Assembly: GCA_900617105.1 (NCBI GenBank)
Contig: UYFQ01000613.1
Location: forward strand, 1 to 34,853
DNA: 34,853 bases
Source: Hydrurus foetidus
Lineage: Eukaryota
Direction of reading: 5' to 3'
In this document: piece by piece, positions 21,401-34,853 of the stretch
How positions within the stretch are numbered: position 1 is the first letter of the stretch
How the letters are laid out: every line of letters starts with the position of its first letter
Notes under the pieces: model-generated
What the model was told of the DNA's origin: nothing
What the model saw: only the letters and a program-made list of their open reading frames with translations
Databases searched by the model: none
Translations under genes and position numbers: made by a program

Positions 21401-24400
21401 CTACATTTGAGCAGTGCCACACCATCGCCATCGTGCTCCGACGCCTAGGAGCAGACTGTCAGTGCCTTCAAAAGTGACTGCAGCACAGCTGCTGGAGACC
21501 CCCGAGAGACACCGATCCCACTCGACCGCCGACTCTTTCCAGTTGTTTTAACAACTTCATCCCACCTTGGAACTACATTTGAGCAGTGCCACACCATCGC
21601 CATCGTGCTCCGACGCCTAGGAGCAGACTGTCAGTGCCTTCAAAAGTGACTGCAGCACAGCTGCTGGAGACCCCCGAGAGACACCGATCCCACTCGACCG
21701 CCGACTCTTTCCAGTTGTTTTAACAACTTCATCCCACCTTGGAACTACATTTGAGCAGTGCCACACCATCGCCATCGTGCTCCGACGCCTAGGAGCAGAC
21801 TGTCAGTGCCTTCAAAAGTGACTGCAGCACAGCTGCTGGAGACCCCCGAGAGACACCGATCCCACTCGACCGCCGACTCTTTCCAGTTGTTTTAACAACT
21901 TCATCCCACCTTGGAACTACATTTGAGCAGTGCCACACCATCGCCATCGTGCTCCGACGCCTAGGAGCAGACTGTCAGTGCCTTCAAAAGTGACTGCAGC
22001 ACAGCTGCTGGAGACCCCCGAGAGACACCGATCCCACTCGACCGCCGACTCTTTCCAGTTGTTTTAACAACTTCATCCCACCTTGGAACTACATTTGAGC
22101 AGTGCCACACCATCGCCATCGTGCTCCGACGCCTAGGAGCAGACTGTCAGTGCCTTCAAAAGTGACTGCAGCACAGCTGCTGGAGACCCCGAGAGACACC
22201 GATCCCACTCGACCGCCGACTCTTTCCAGTTGTTTTAACAACTTCATCCCACCTTGGAACTACATTTGAGCAGTGCCACACCATCGCCATCGTGCTCCGA
22301 CGCCTAGGAGCAGACTGTCAGTGCCTTCAAAAGTGACTGCAGCACAGCTGCTGGAGACCCCCGAGAGACACCGATCCCACTCGACCGCCGACTCTTTCCA
22401 GTTGTTTTAACAACTTCATCCCACCTTGGAACTACATTTGAGCAGTGCCACACCATCGCCATCGTGCTCCGACGCCTAGGAGCAGACTGTCAGTGCCTTC
22501 AAAAGTGACTGCAGCACAGCTGCTGGAGACCCCCGAGAGACACCGATCCCACTCGACCGCCGACTCTTTCCAGTTGTTTTAACAACTTCATCCCACCTTG
22601 GAACTACATTTGAGCAGTGCCACACCATCGCCATCGTGCTCCGACGCCTAGGAGCAGACTGTCAGTGCCTTCAAAAGTGACTGCAGCACAGCTGCTGGAG
22701 ACCCCCGAGAGACACCGATCCCACTCGACCGCCGACTCTTTCCAGTTGTTTTAACAACTTCATCCCACCTTGGAACTACATTTGAGCAGTGCCACACCAT
22801 CGCCATCGTGCTCCGACGCCTAGGAGCAGACTGTCAGTGCCTTCAAAAGTGACTGCAGCACAGCTGCTGGAGACCCCCGAGAGACACCGATCCCACTCGA
22901 CCGCCGACTCTTTCCAGTTGTTTTAACAACTTCATCCCACCTTGGAACTACATTTGAGCAGTGCCACACCATCGCCATCGTGCTCCGACGCCTAGGAGCA
23001 GACTGTCAGTGCCTTCAAAAGTGACTGCAGCACAGCTGCTGGAGACCCCCGAGAGACACCGATCCCACTCGACCGCCGACTCTTTCCAGTTGTTTTAACA
23101 ACTTCATCCCACCTTGGAACTACATTTGAGCAGTGCCACACCATCGCCATCGTGCTCCGACGCCTAGGAGCAGACTGTCAGTGCCTTCAAAAGTGACTGC
23201 AGCACAGCTGCTGGAGACCCCCGAGAGACACCGATCCCACTCGACCGCCGACTCTTTCCAGTTGTTTTAACAACTTCATCCCACCTTGGAACTACATTTG
23301 AGCAGTGCCACACCATCGCCATCGTGCTCCGACGCCTAGGAGCAGACTGTCAGTGCCTTCAAAAGTGACTGCAGCACAGCTGCTGGAGACCCCGAGAGAC
23401 ACCGATCCCACTCGACCGCCGACTCTTTCCAGTTGTTTTAACAACTTCATCCCACCTTGGAACTACATTTGAGCAGTGCCACACCATCGCCATCGTGCTC
23501 CGACGCCTAGGAGCAGACTGTCAGTGCCTTCAAAAGTGACTGCAGCACAGCTGCTGGAGACCCCCGAGAGACACCGATCCCACTCGACCGCCGACTCTTT
23601 CCAGTTGTTTTAACAACTTCATCCCACCTTGGAACTACATTTGAGCAGTGCCACACCATCGCCATCGTGCTCCGACGCCTAGGAGCAGACTGTCAGTGCC
23701 TTCAAAAGTGACTGCAGCACAGCTGCTGGAGACCCCCGAGAGACACCGATCCCACTCGACCGCCGACTCTTTCCAGTTGTTTTAACAACTTCATCCCACC
23801 TTGGAACTACATTTGAGCAGTGCCACACCATCGCCATCGTGCTCCGACGCCTAGGAGCAGACTGTCAGTGCCTTCAAAAGTGACTGCAGCACAGCTGCTG
23901 GAGACCCCGAGAGACACCGATCCCACTCGACCGCCGACTCTTTCCAGTTGTTTTAACAACTTCATCCCACCTTGGAACTACATTTGAGCAGTGCCACACC
24001 ATCGCCATCGTGCTCCGACGCCTAGGAGCAGACTGTCAGTGCCTTCAAAAGTGACTGCAGCACAGCTGCTGGAGACCCCCGAGAGACACCGATCCCACTC
24101 GACCGCCGACTCTTTCCAGTTGTTTTAACAACTTCATCCCACCTTGGAACTACATTTGAGCAGTGCCACACCATCGCCATCGTGCTCCGACGCCTAGGAG
24201 CAGACTGTCAGTGCCTTCAAAAGTGACTGCAGCACAGCTGCTGGAGACCCCCGAGAGACACCGATCCCACTCGACCGCCGACTCTTTCCAGTTGTTTTAA
24301 CAACTTCATCCCACCTTGGAACTACATTTGAGCAGTGCCACACCATCGCCATCGTGCTCCGACGCCTAGGAGCAGACTGTCAGTGCCTTCAAAAGTGACT

Positions 24401-27400
24401 GCAGCACAGCTGCTGGAGACCCCCGAGAGACACCGATCCCACTCGACCGCCGACTCTTTCCAGTTGTTTTAACAACTTCATCCCACCTTGGAACTACATT
24501 TGAGCAGTGCCACACCATCGCCATCGTGCTCCGACGCCTAGGAGCAGACTGTCAGTGCCTTCAAAAGTGACTGCAGCACAGCTGCTGGAGACCCCCGAGA
24601 GACACCGATCCCACTCGACCGCCGACTCTTTCCAGTTGTTTTAACAACTTCATCCCACCTTGGAACTACATTTGAGCAGTGCCACACCATCGCCATCGTG
24701 CTCCGACGCCTAGGAGCAGACTGTCAGTGCCTTCAAAAGTGACTGCAGCACAGCTGCTGGAGACCCCCGAGAGACACCGATCCCACTCGACCGCCGACTC
24801 TTTCCAGTTGTTTTAACAACTTCATCCCACCTTGGAACTACATTTGAGCAGTGCCACACCATCGCCATCGTGCTCCGACGCCTAGGAGCAGACTGTCAGT
24901 GCCTTCAAAAGTGACTGCAGCACAGCTGCTGGAGACCCCGAGAGACACCGATCCCACTCGACCGCCGACTCTTTCCAGTTGTTTTAACAACTTCATCCCA
25001 CCTTGGAACTACATTTGAGCAGTGCCACACCATCGCCATCGTGCTCCGACGCCTAGGAGCAGACTGTCAGTGCCTTCAAAAGTGACTGCAGCACAGCTGC
25101 TGGAGACCCCCGAGAGACACCGATCCCACTCGACCGCCGACTCTTTCCAGTTGTTTTAACAACTTCATCCCACCTTGGAACTACATTTGAGCAGTGCCAC
25201 ACCATCGCCATCGTGCTCCGACGCCTAGGAGCAGACTGTCAGTGCCTTCAAAAGTGACTGCAGCACAGCTGCTGGAGACCCCCGAGAGACACCGATCCCA
25301 CTCGACCGCCGACTCTTTCCAGTTGTTTTAACAACTTCATCCCACCTTGGAACTACATTTGAGCAGTGCCACACCATCGCCATCGTGCTCCGACGCCTAG
25401 GAGCAGACTGTCAGTGCCTTCAAAAGTGACTGCAGCACAGCTGCTGGAGACCCCGAGAGACACCGATCCCACTCGACCGCCGACTCTTTCCAGTTGTTTT
25501 AACAACTTCATCCCACCTTGGAACTACATTTGAGCAGTGCCACACCATCGCCATCGTGCTCCGACGCCTAGGAGCAGACTGTCAGTGCCTTCAAAAGTGA
25601 CTGCAGCACAGCTGCTGGAGACCCCCGAGAGACACCGATCCCACTCGACCGCCGACTCTTTCCAGTTGTTTTAACAACTTCATCCCACCTTGGAACTACA
25701 TTTGAGCAGTGCCACACCATCGCCATCGTGCTCCGACGCCTAGGAGCAGACTGTCAGTGCCTTCAAAAGTGACTGCAGCACAGCTGCTGGAGACCCCCGA
25801 GAGACACCGATCCCACTCGACCGCCGACTCTTTCCAGTTGTTTTAACAACTTCATCCCACCTTGGAACTACATTTGAGCAGTGCCACACCATCGCCATCG
25901 TGCTCCGACGCCTAGGAGCAGACTGTCAGTGCCTTCAAAAGTGACTGCAGCACAGCTGCTGGAGACCCCCGAGAGACACCGATCCCACTCGACCGCCGAC
26001 TCTTTCCAGTTGTTTTAACAACTTCATCCCACCTTGGAACTACATTTGAGCAGTGCCACACCATCGCCATCGTGCTCCGACGCCTAGGAGCAGACTGTCA
26101 GTGCCTTCAAAAGTGACTGCAGCACAGCTGCTGGAGACCCCGAGAGACACCGATCCCACTCGACCGCCGACTCTTTCCAGTTGTTTTAACAACTTCATCC
26201 CACCTTGGAACTACATTTGAGCAGTGCCACACCATCGCCATCGTGCTCCGACGCCTAGGAGCAGACTGTCAGTGCCTTCAAAAGTGACTGCAGCACAGCT
26301 GCTGGAGACCCCCGAGAGACACCGATCCCACTCGACCGCCGACTCTTTCCAGTTGTTTTAACAACTTCATCCCACCTTGGAACTACATTTGAGCAGTGCC
26401 ACACCATCGCCATCGTGCTCCGACGCCTAGGAGCAGACTGTCAGTGCCTTCAAAAGTGACTGCAGCACAGCTGCTGGAGACCCCCGAGAGACACCGATCC
26501 CACTCGACCGCCGACTCTTTCCAGTTGTTTTAACAACTTCATCCCACCTTGGAACTACATTTGAGCAGTGCCACACCATCGCCATCGTGCTCCGACGCCT
26601 AGGAGCAGACTGTCAGTGCCTTCAAAAGTGACTGCAGCACAGCTGCTGGAGACCCCCGAGAGACACCGATCCCACTCGACCGCCGACTCTTTCCAGTTGT
26701 TTTAACAACTTCATCCCACCTTGGAACTACATTTGAGCAGTGCCACACCATCGCCATCGTGCTCCGACGCCTAGGAGCAGACTGTCAGTGCCTTCAAAAG
26801 TGACTGCAGCACAGCTGCTGGAGACCCCGAGAGACACCGATCCCACTCGACCGCCGACTCTTTCCAGTTGTTTTAACAACTTCATCCCACCTTGGAACTA
26901 CATTTGAGCAGTGCCACACCATCGCCATCGTGCTCCGACGCCTAGGAGCAGACTGTCAGTGCCTTCAAAAGTGACTGCAGCACAGCTGCTGGAGACCCCC
27001 GAGAGACACCGATCCCACTCGACCGCCGACTCTTTCCAGTTGTTTTAACAACTTCATCCCACCTTGGAACTACATTTGAGCAGTGCCACACCATCGCCAT
27101 CGTGCTCCGACGCCTAGGAGCAGACTGTCAGTGCCTTCAAAAGTGACTGCAGCACAGCTGCTGGAGACCCCCGAGAGACACCGATCCCACTCGACCGCCG
27201 ACTCTTTCCAGTTGTTTTAACAACTTCATCCCACCTTGGAACTACATTTGAGCAGTGCCACACCATCGCCATCGTGCTCCGACGCCTAGGAGCAGACTGT
27301 CAGTGCCTTCAAAAGTGACTGCAGCACAGCTGCTGGAGACCCCCGAGAGACACCGATCCCACTCGACCGCCGACTCTTTCCAGTTGTTTTAACAACTTCA

Positions 27401-30400
27401 TCCCACCTTGGAACTACATTTGAGCAGTGCCACACCATCGCCATCGTGCTCCGACGCCTAGGAGCAGACTGTCAGTGCCTTCAAAAGTGACTGCAGCACA
27501 GCTGCTGGAGACCCCGAGAGACACCGATCCCACTCGACCGCCGACTCTTTCCAGTTGTTTTAACAACTTCATCCCACCTTGGAACTACATTTGAGCAGTG
27601 CCACACCATCGCCATCGTGCTCCGACGCCTAGGAGCAGACTGTCAGTGCCTTCAAAAGTGACTGCAGCACAGCTGCTGGAGACCCCCGAGAGACACCGAT
27701 CCCACTCGACCGCCGACTCTTTCCAGTTGTTTTAACAACTTCATCCCACCTTGGAACTACATTTGAGCAGTGCCACACCATCGCCATCGTGCTCCGACGC
27801 CTAGGAGCAGACTGTCAGTGCCTTCAAAAGTGACTGCAGCACAGCTGCTGGAGACCCCCGAGAGACACCGATCCCACTCGACCGCCGACTCTTTCCAGTT
27901 GTTTTAACAACTTCATCCCACCTTGGAACTACATTTGAGCAGTGCCACACCATCGCCATCGTGCTCCGACGCCTAGGAGCAGACTGTCAGTGCCTTCAAA
28001 AGTGACTGCAGCACAGCTGCTGGAGACCCCGAGAGACACCGATCCCACTCGACCGCCGACTCTTTCCAGTTGTTTTAACAACTTCATCCCACCTTGGAAC
28101 TACATTTGAGCAGTGCCACACCATCGCCATCGTGCTCCGACGCCTAGGAGCAGACTGTCAGTGCCTTCAAAAGTGACTGCAGCACAGCTGCTGGAGACCC
28201 CGAGAGACACCGATCCCACTCGACCGCCGACTCTTTCCAGTTGTTTTAACAACTTCATCCCACCTTGGAACTACATTTGAGCAGTGCCACACCATCGCCA
28301 TCGTGCTCCGACGCCTAGGAGCAGACTGTCAGTGCCTTCAAAAGTGACTGCAGCACAGCTGCTGGAGACCCCGAGAGACACCGATCCCACTCGACCGCCG
28401 ACTCTTTCCAGTTGTTTTAACAACTTCATCCCACCTTGGAACTACATTTGAGCAGTGCCACACCATCGCCATCGTGCTCCGACGCCTAGGAGCAGACTGT
28501 CAGTGCCTTCAAAAGTGACTGCAGCACAGCTGCTGGAGACCCCGAGAGACACCGATCCCACTCGACCGCCGACTCTTTCCAGTTGTTTTAACAACTTCAT
28601 CCCACCTTGGAACTACATTTGAGCAGTGCCACACCATCGCCATCGTGCTCCGACGCCTAGGAGCAGACTGTCAGTGCCTTCAAAAGTGACTGCAGCACAG
28701 CTGCTGGAGACCCCCGAGAGACACCGATCCCACTCGACCGCCGACTCTTTCCAGTTGTTTTAACAACTTCATCCCACCTTGGAACTACATTTGAGCAGTG
28801 CCACACCATCGCCATCGTGCTCCGACGCCTAGGAGCAGACTGTCAGTGCCTTCAAAAGTGACTGCAGCACAGCTGCTGGAGACCCCCGAGAGACACCGAT
28901 CCCACTCGACCGCCGACTCTTTCCAGTTGTTTTAACAACTTCATCCCACCTTGGAACTACATTTGAGCAGTGCCACACCATCGCCATCGTGCTCCGACGC
29001 CTAGGAGCAGACTGTCAGTGCCTTCAAAAGTGACTGCAGCACAGCTGCTGGAGACCCCGAGAGACACCGATCCCACTCGACCGCCGACTCTTTCCAGTTG
29101 TTTTAACAACTTCATCCCACCTTGGAACTACATTTGAGCAGTGCCACACCATCGCCATCGTGCTCCGACGCCTAGGAGCAGACTGTCAGTGCCTTCAAAA
29201 GTGACTGCAGCACAGCTGCTGGAGACCCCGAGAGACACCGATCCCACTCGACCGCCGACTCTTTCCAGTTGTTTTAACAACTTCATCCCACCTTGGAACT
29301 ACATTTGAGCAGTGCCACACCATCGCCATCGTGCTCCGACGCCTAGGAGCAGACTGTCAGTGCCTTCAAAAGTGACTGCAGCACAGCTGCTGGAGACCCC
29401 GAGAGACACCGATCCCACTCGACCGCCGACTCTTTCCAGTTGTTTTAACAACTTCATCCCACCTTGGAACTACATTTGAGCAGTGCCACACCATCGCCAT
29501 CGTGCTCCGACGCCTAGGAGCAGACTGTCAGTGCCTTCAAAAGTGACTGCAGCACAGCTGCTGGAGACCCCCGAGAGACACCGATCCCACTCGACCGCCG
29601 ACTCTTTCCAGTTGTTTTAACAACTTCATCCCACCTTGGAACTACATTTGAGCAGTGCCACACCATCGCCATCGTGCTCCGACGCCTAGGAGCAGACTGT
29701 CAGTGCCTTCAAAAGTGACTGCAGCACAGCTGCTGGAGACCCCGAGAGACACCGATCCCACTCGACCGCCGACTCTTTCCAGTTGTTTTAACAACTTCAT
29801 CCCACCTTGGAACTACATTTGAGCAGTGCCACACCATCGCCATCGTGCTCCGACGCCTAGGAGCAGACTGTCAGTGCCTTCAAAAGTGACTGCAGCACAG
29901 CTGCTGGAGACCCCGAGAGACACCGATCCCACTCGACCGCCGACTCTTTCCAGTTGTTTTAACAACTTCATCCCACCTTGGAACTACATTTGAGCAGTGC
30001 CACACCATCGCCATCGTGCTCCGACGCCTAGGAGCAGACTGTCAGTGCCTTCAAAAGTGACTGCAGCACAGCTGCTGGAGACCCCCGAGAGACACCGATC
30101 CCACTCGACCGCCGACTCTTTCCAGTTGTTTTAACAACTTCATCCCACCTTGGAACTACATTTGAGCAGTGCCACACCATCGCCATCGTGCTCCGACGCC
30201 TAGGAGCAGACTGTCAGTGCCTTCAAAAGTGACTGCAGCACAGCTGCTGGAGACCCCCGAGAGACACCGATCCCACTCGACCGCCGACTCTTTCCAGTTG
30301 TTTTAACAACTTCATCCCACCTTGGAACTACATTTGAGCAGTGCCACACCATCGCCATCGTGCTCCGACGCCTAGGAGCAGACTGTCAGTGCCTTCAAAA

Positions 30401-33400
30401 GTGACTGCAGCACAGCTGCTGGAGACCCCCGAGAGACACCGATCCCACTCGACCGCCGACTCTTTCCAGTTGTTTTAACAACTTCATCCCACCTTGGAAC
30501 TACATTTGAGCAGTGCCACACCATCGCCATCGTGCTCCGACGCCTAGGAGCAGACTGTCAGTGCCTTCAAAAGTGACTGCAGCACAGCTGCTGGAGACCC
30601 CCGAGAGACACCGATCCCACTCGACCGCCGACTCTTTCCAGTTGTTTTAACAACTTCATCCCACCTTGGAACTACATTTGAGCAGTGCCACACCATCGCC
30701 ATCGTGCTCCGACGCCTAGGAGCAGACTGTCAGTGCCTTCAAAAGTGACTGCAGCACAGCTGCTGGAGACCCCCGAGAGACACCGATCCCACTCGACCGC
30801 CGACTCTTTCCAGTTGTTTTAACAACTTCATCCCACCTTGGAACTACATTTGAGCAGTGCCACACCATCGCCATCGTGCTCCGACGCCTAGGAGCAGACT
30901 GTCAGTGCCTTCAAAAGTGACTGCAGCACAGCTGCTGGAGACCCCGAGAGACACCGATCCCACTCGACCGCCGACTCTTTCCAGTTGTTTTAACAACTTC
31001 ATCCCACCTTGGAACTACATTTGAGCAGTGCCACACCATCGCCATCGTGCTCCGACGCCTAGGAGCAGACTGTCAGTGCCTTCAAAAGTGACTGCAGCAC
31101 AGCTGCTGGAGACCCCCGAGAGACACCGATCCCACTCGACCGCCGACTCTTTCCAGTTGTTTTAACAACTTCATCCCACCTTGGAACTACATTTGAGCAG
31201 TGCCACACCATCGCCATCGTGCTCCGACGCCTAGGAGCAGACTGTCAGTGCCTTCAAAAGTGACTGCAGCACAGCTGCTGGAGACCCCCGAGAGACACCG
31301 ATCCCACTCGACCGCCGACTCTTTCCAGTTGTTTTAACAACTTCATCCCACCTTGGAACTACATTTGAGCAGTGCCACACCATCGCCATCGTGCTCCGAC
31401 GCCTAGGAGCAGACTGTCAGTGCCTTCAAAAGTGACTGCAGCACAGCTGCTGGAGACCCCGAGAGACACCGATCCCACTCGACCGCCGACTCTTTCCAGT
31501 TGTTTTAACAACTTCATCCCACCTTGGAACTACATTTGAGCAGTGCCACACCATCGCCATCGTGCTCCGACGCCTAGGAGCAGACTGTCAGTGCCTTCAA
31601 AAGTGACTGCAGCACAGCTGCTGGAGACCCCGAGAGACACCGATCCCACTCGACCGCCGACTCTTTCCAGTTGTTTTAACAACTTCATCCCACCTTGGAA
31701 CTACATTTGAGCAGTGCCACACCATCGCCATCGTGCTCCGACGCCTAGGAGCAGACTGTCAGTGCCTTCAAAAGTGACTGCAGCACAGCTGCTGGAGACC
31801 CCCGAGAGACACCGATCCCACTCGACCGCCGACTCTTTCCAGTTGTTTTAACAACTTCATCCCACCTTGGAACTACATTTGAGCAGTGCCACACCATCGC
31901 CATCGTGCTCCGACGCCTAGGAGCAGACTGTCAGTGCCTTCAAAAGTGACTGCAGCACAGCTGCTGGAGACCCCGAGAGACACCGATCCCACTCGACCGC
32001 CGACTCTTCCAGTTGTTTTAACAACTTCATCCCACCTTGGAACTACATTTGAGCAGTGCCACACCATCGCCATCGTGCTCCGACGCCTAGGAGCAGACTG
32101 TCAGTGCCTTCAAAAGTGACTGCAGCACAGCTGCTGGAGACCCCGAGAGACACCGATCCCACTCGACCGCCGACTCTTTCCAGTTGTTTTAACAACTTCA
32201 TCCCACCTTGGAACTACATTTGAGCAGTGCCACACCATCGCCATCGTGCTCCGACGCCTAGGAGCAGACTGTCAGTGCCTTCAAAAGTGACTGCAGCACA
32301 GCTGCTGGAGACCCCGAGAGACACCGATCCCACTCGACCGCCGACTCTTTCCAGTTGTTTTAACAACTTCATCCCACCTTGGAACTACATTTGAGCAGTG
32401 CCACACCATCGCCATCGTGCTCCGACGCCTAGGAGCAGACTGTCAGTGCCTTCAAAAGTGACTGCAGCACAGCTGCTGGAGACCCCCGAGAGACACCGAT
32501 CCCACTCGACCGCCGACTCTTTCCAGTTGTTTTAACAACTTCATCCCACCTTGGAACTACATTTGAGCAGTGCCACACCATCGCCATCGTGCTCCGACGC
32601 CTAGGAGCAGACTGTCAGTGCCTTCAAAAGTGACTGTAGCACAGCTGCTGGAGACCCCGAGAGACACCGATCCCACTCGACCGCCGACTCTTTCCAGTTG
32701 TTTTAACAACTTCATCCCACCTTGGAACTACATTTGAGCAGTGCCACACCATCGCCATCGTGCTCCGACGCCTAGGAGCAGACTGTCAGTGCCTTCAAAA
32801 GTGACTGCAGCACAGCTGCTGGAGACCCCGAGAGACACCGATCCCACTCGACCGCCGACTCTTTCCAGTTGTTTTAACAACTTCATCCCACCTTGGAACT
32901 ACATTTGAGCAGTGCCACACCATCGCCATCGTGCTCCGACGCCTAGGAGCAGACTGTCAGTGCCTTCAAAAGTGACTGCAGCACAGCTGCTGGAGACCCC
33001 CGAGAGACACCGATCCCACTCGACCGCCGACTCTTTCCAGTTGTTTTAACAACTTCATCCCACCTTGGAACTACATTTGAGCAGTGCCACACCATCGCCA
33101 TCGTGCTCCGACGCCTAGGAGCAGACTGTCAGTGCCTTCAAAAGTGACTGTAGCACAGCTGCTGGAGACCCCCGAGAGACACCGATCCCACTCGACCGCC
33201 GACTCTTTCCAGTTGTTTTAACAACTTCATCCCACCTTGGAACTACATTTGAGCAGTGCCACACCATCGCCATCGTGCTCCGACGCCTAGGAGCAGACTG
33301 TCAGTGCCTTCAAAAGTGACTGTAGCACAGCTGCTGGAGACCCCCGAGAGACACCGATCCCACTCGACCGCCGACTCTTTCCAGTTGTTTTAACAACTTC

Positions 33401-34853
33401 ATCCCACCTTGGAACTACATTTGAGCAGTGCCACACCATCGCCATCGTGCTCCGACGCCTAGGAGCAGACTGTCAGTGCCTTCAAAAGTGACTGCAGCAC
33501 AGCTGCTGGAGACCCCCGAGAGACACCGATCCCACTCGACCGCCGACTCTTTCCAGTTGTTTTAACAACTTCATCCCACCTTGGAACTACATTTGAGCAG
33601 TGCCACACCATCGCCATCGTGCTCCGACGCCTAGGAGCAGACTGTCAGTGCCTTCAAAAGTGACTGTAGCACAGCTGCTGGAGACCCCCGAGAGACACCG
33701 ATCCCACTCGATTGCCGACTCTTTCCAGTTGTTTTAACAACTTCATCCCACCTTGGAACTACATTTGAGCAGTGCCACACCATCGCCATCGTGCTCCGAC
33801 GCCTAGGAGCAGACTGTCAGTGCCTTCAAAGTGACTGCAGCACAGCTGCTGGAGACCCCTGAGAGACACCGATCCCACTCGACCGCCGACTCTTTCCAGT
33901 TGTTTTAACAACTTCATCCCACCTGGAACTACATTTGAGCAGTGCCACACCATCGCCATCGTGCTCCGACGCCTAGGAGCAGACTGTCAGTGCTTTCAAA
34001 AGTGACTGCAGCACAGCTGCTGGAGACCCCCTAGAGACACCGATCCCACTCGACCGCCGACTCTTTCCAGTTGTTTTAACAACTTCATCCCACCTTTGAA
34101 CTACATTTGAGCAGTGCCACACCATCGCCATCGTGCTCCGACGCCTAGGAGCAGACTGTCAGTGCCTTCAAAAGTGACTGTAGCACAGCTGCTGGAGACC
34201 CCCGAGAGACACCGATCCCACTCGACCGCCGACTCTTTCCAGTTGTTTTAACAACTTCATCCCACCCTGGAACTACATTTGAGCAGTGCCACACCATCGC
34301 CATCGTGCTCCGACGCCTAGGAGCAGACTGTCAGTGCCTTCAAAAGTGACTGCAGCACAGCTGCTGGAGACCCCCGAGAGACACCGATCCCACTCGACCG
34401 CCGACTCTTTCCAGTTGTTTTAACAACTTCATCCCACCTTGGAACTACATTTGAGCAGTGCCACACCATCGCCATCGTGCTCCGACGCCTAGGAGCAGAC
34501 TGTCAGTGCCTTCAAAAGTGACTGCAGCACAGCTGCTGGAGACCCTCGAGAGACACCGATCCCACTCGACCGCCGACTCTTTCCAGTTGTTTTAACAACT
34601 TCATCCCACCTTAGAACTACATTTGAGCAGTGCCACACCATCGCCATCGTGCTCCGGCGCTCGGAAGCAGACTGTCAGTGGCCTTCAAAGTGACTGCAGC
34701 ACAGCTGCTGGAGACCCTCGAGAGACACCGATCCCACTCGACCGCTGACTCTTTCCAGTTGTTTTAACAACTTCATCCCACCTTGGAACTACATTTGAGC
34801 AGTGCCACACCATCGCCATCGTACTCCGACGCCTAGGAGCAGAATGTCAGTGC
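6489..34853. repeat. Tandem satellite array, 172-bp monomer (171-bp C4 variant), about 165 copies, runs off the window end
   Basis: Unit GCAGACTGTCAGTGCCTTCAAAAGTGACTGCAGCACAGCTGCTGGAGACCCCCGAGAGACACCGATCCCACTCGACCGCCGACTCTTTCCAGTTGTTTTAACAACTTCATCCCACCTTGGAACTACATTTGAGCAGTGCCACACCATCGCCATCGTGCTCCGACGCCTAGGA (e.g. 14401-14572, next copy at 14573). Head-to-tail with no spacers. Each unit has PstI, PvuII and AvrII sites. Confidence 0.99.

Noticed and set aside
8940..32840. Higher-order repeat defined by C4/C5 variants
   Set aside because: Spacing is irregular and the change is a homopolymer deletion like those breaking pol, so sequencing error is the likelier cause.
6698..33959. Short ORFs in the satellite (6698-6991, 31873-32073, 31886-32119, 33759-33959), including a faint FNIP-like look
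   Set aside because: They appear only where indels or divergence remove stops. The 172-bp period is not a multiple of 3 and consensus frames contain stops.
6489..34853. CRISPR array
   Set aside because: Units are 172 bp and identical end to end, with no unique spacers and no cas genes.
6489..34853. Identity with primate alpha satellite, CENP-B box, tRNA/5S/SL RNA or telomeric repeats
   Set aside because: Only the length resembles alpha satellite. The unit is GC-rich and I found no CENP-B box, Pol III B box, 5S similarity or telomere motif run.

Overview
Eukaryotic-type window in two parts. (1) ~1-6.5 kb: a Ty3/Gypsy LTR retrotransposon on the minus strand with a C-terminal chromodomain (chromovirus-type). 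It carries Gag with a CCHC knuckle and an N/Q/G-rich tract, an atypical protease motif, RT (YLDD), RNase H, integrase (HHCC, DDE, GPF) and a chromodomain. Its six frame breaks all fall in homopolymer runs, so the true element may be one intact ~1,800-aa gag-pol ORF. No 3' LTR or PPT is visible in the window. (2) ~6.5 kb to the end: a non-coding, head-to-tail satellite of ~165 near-identical 172-bp monomers (55% GC), with more variation at both edges. The most notable observation is that 6315-6468, where the 5' LTR should lie and which ends in a TGTAGT-type terminus, aligns collinearly with the satellite monomer (~68% identity over the best 84 columns by hand) and includes one compensatory change in a shared hairpin. 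This suggests the satellite and the LTR share ancestry and may form a centromere-like satellite/chromovirus pair. A diverged edge monomer or an assembly chimera are not excluded, and the host cannot be identified from the sequence.
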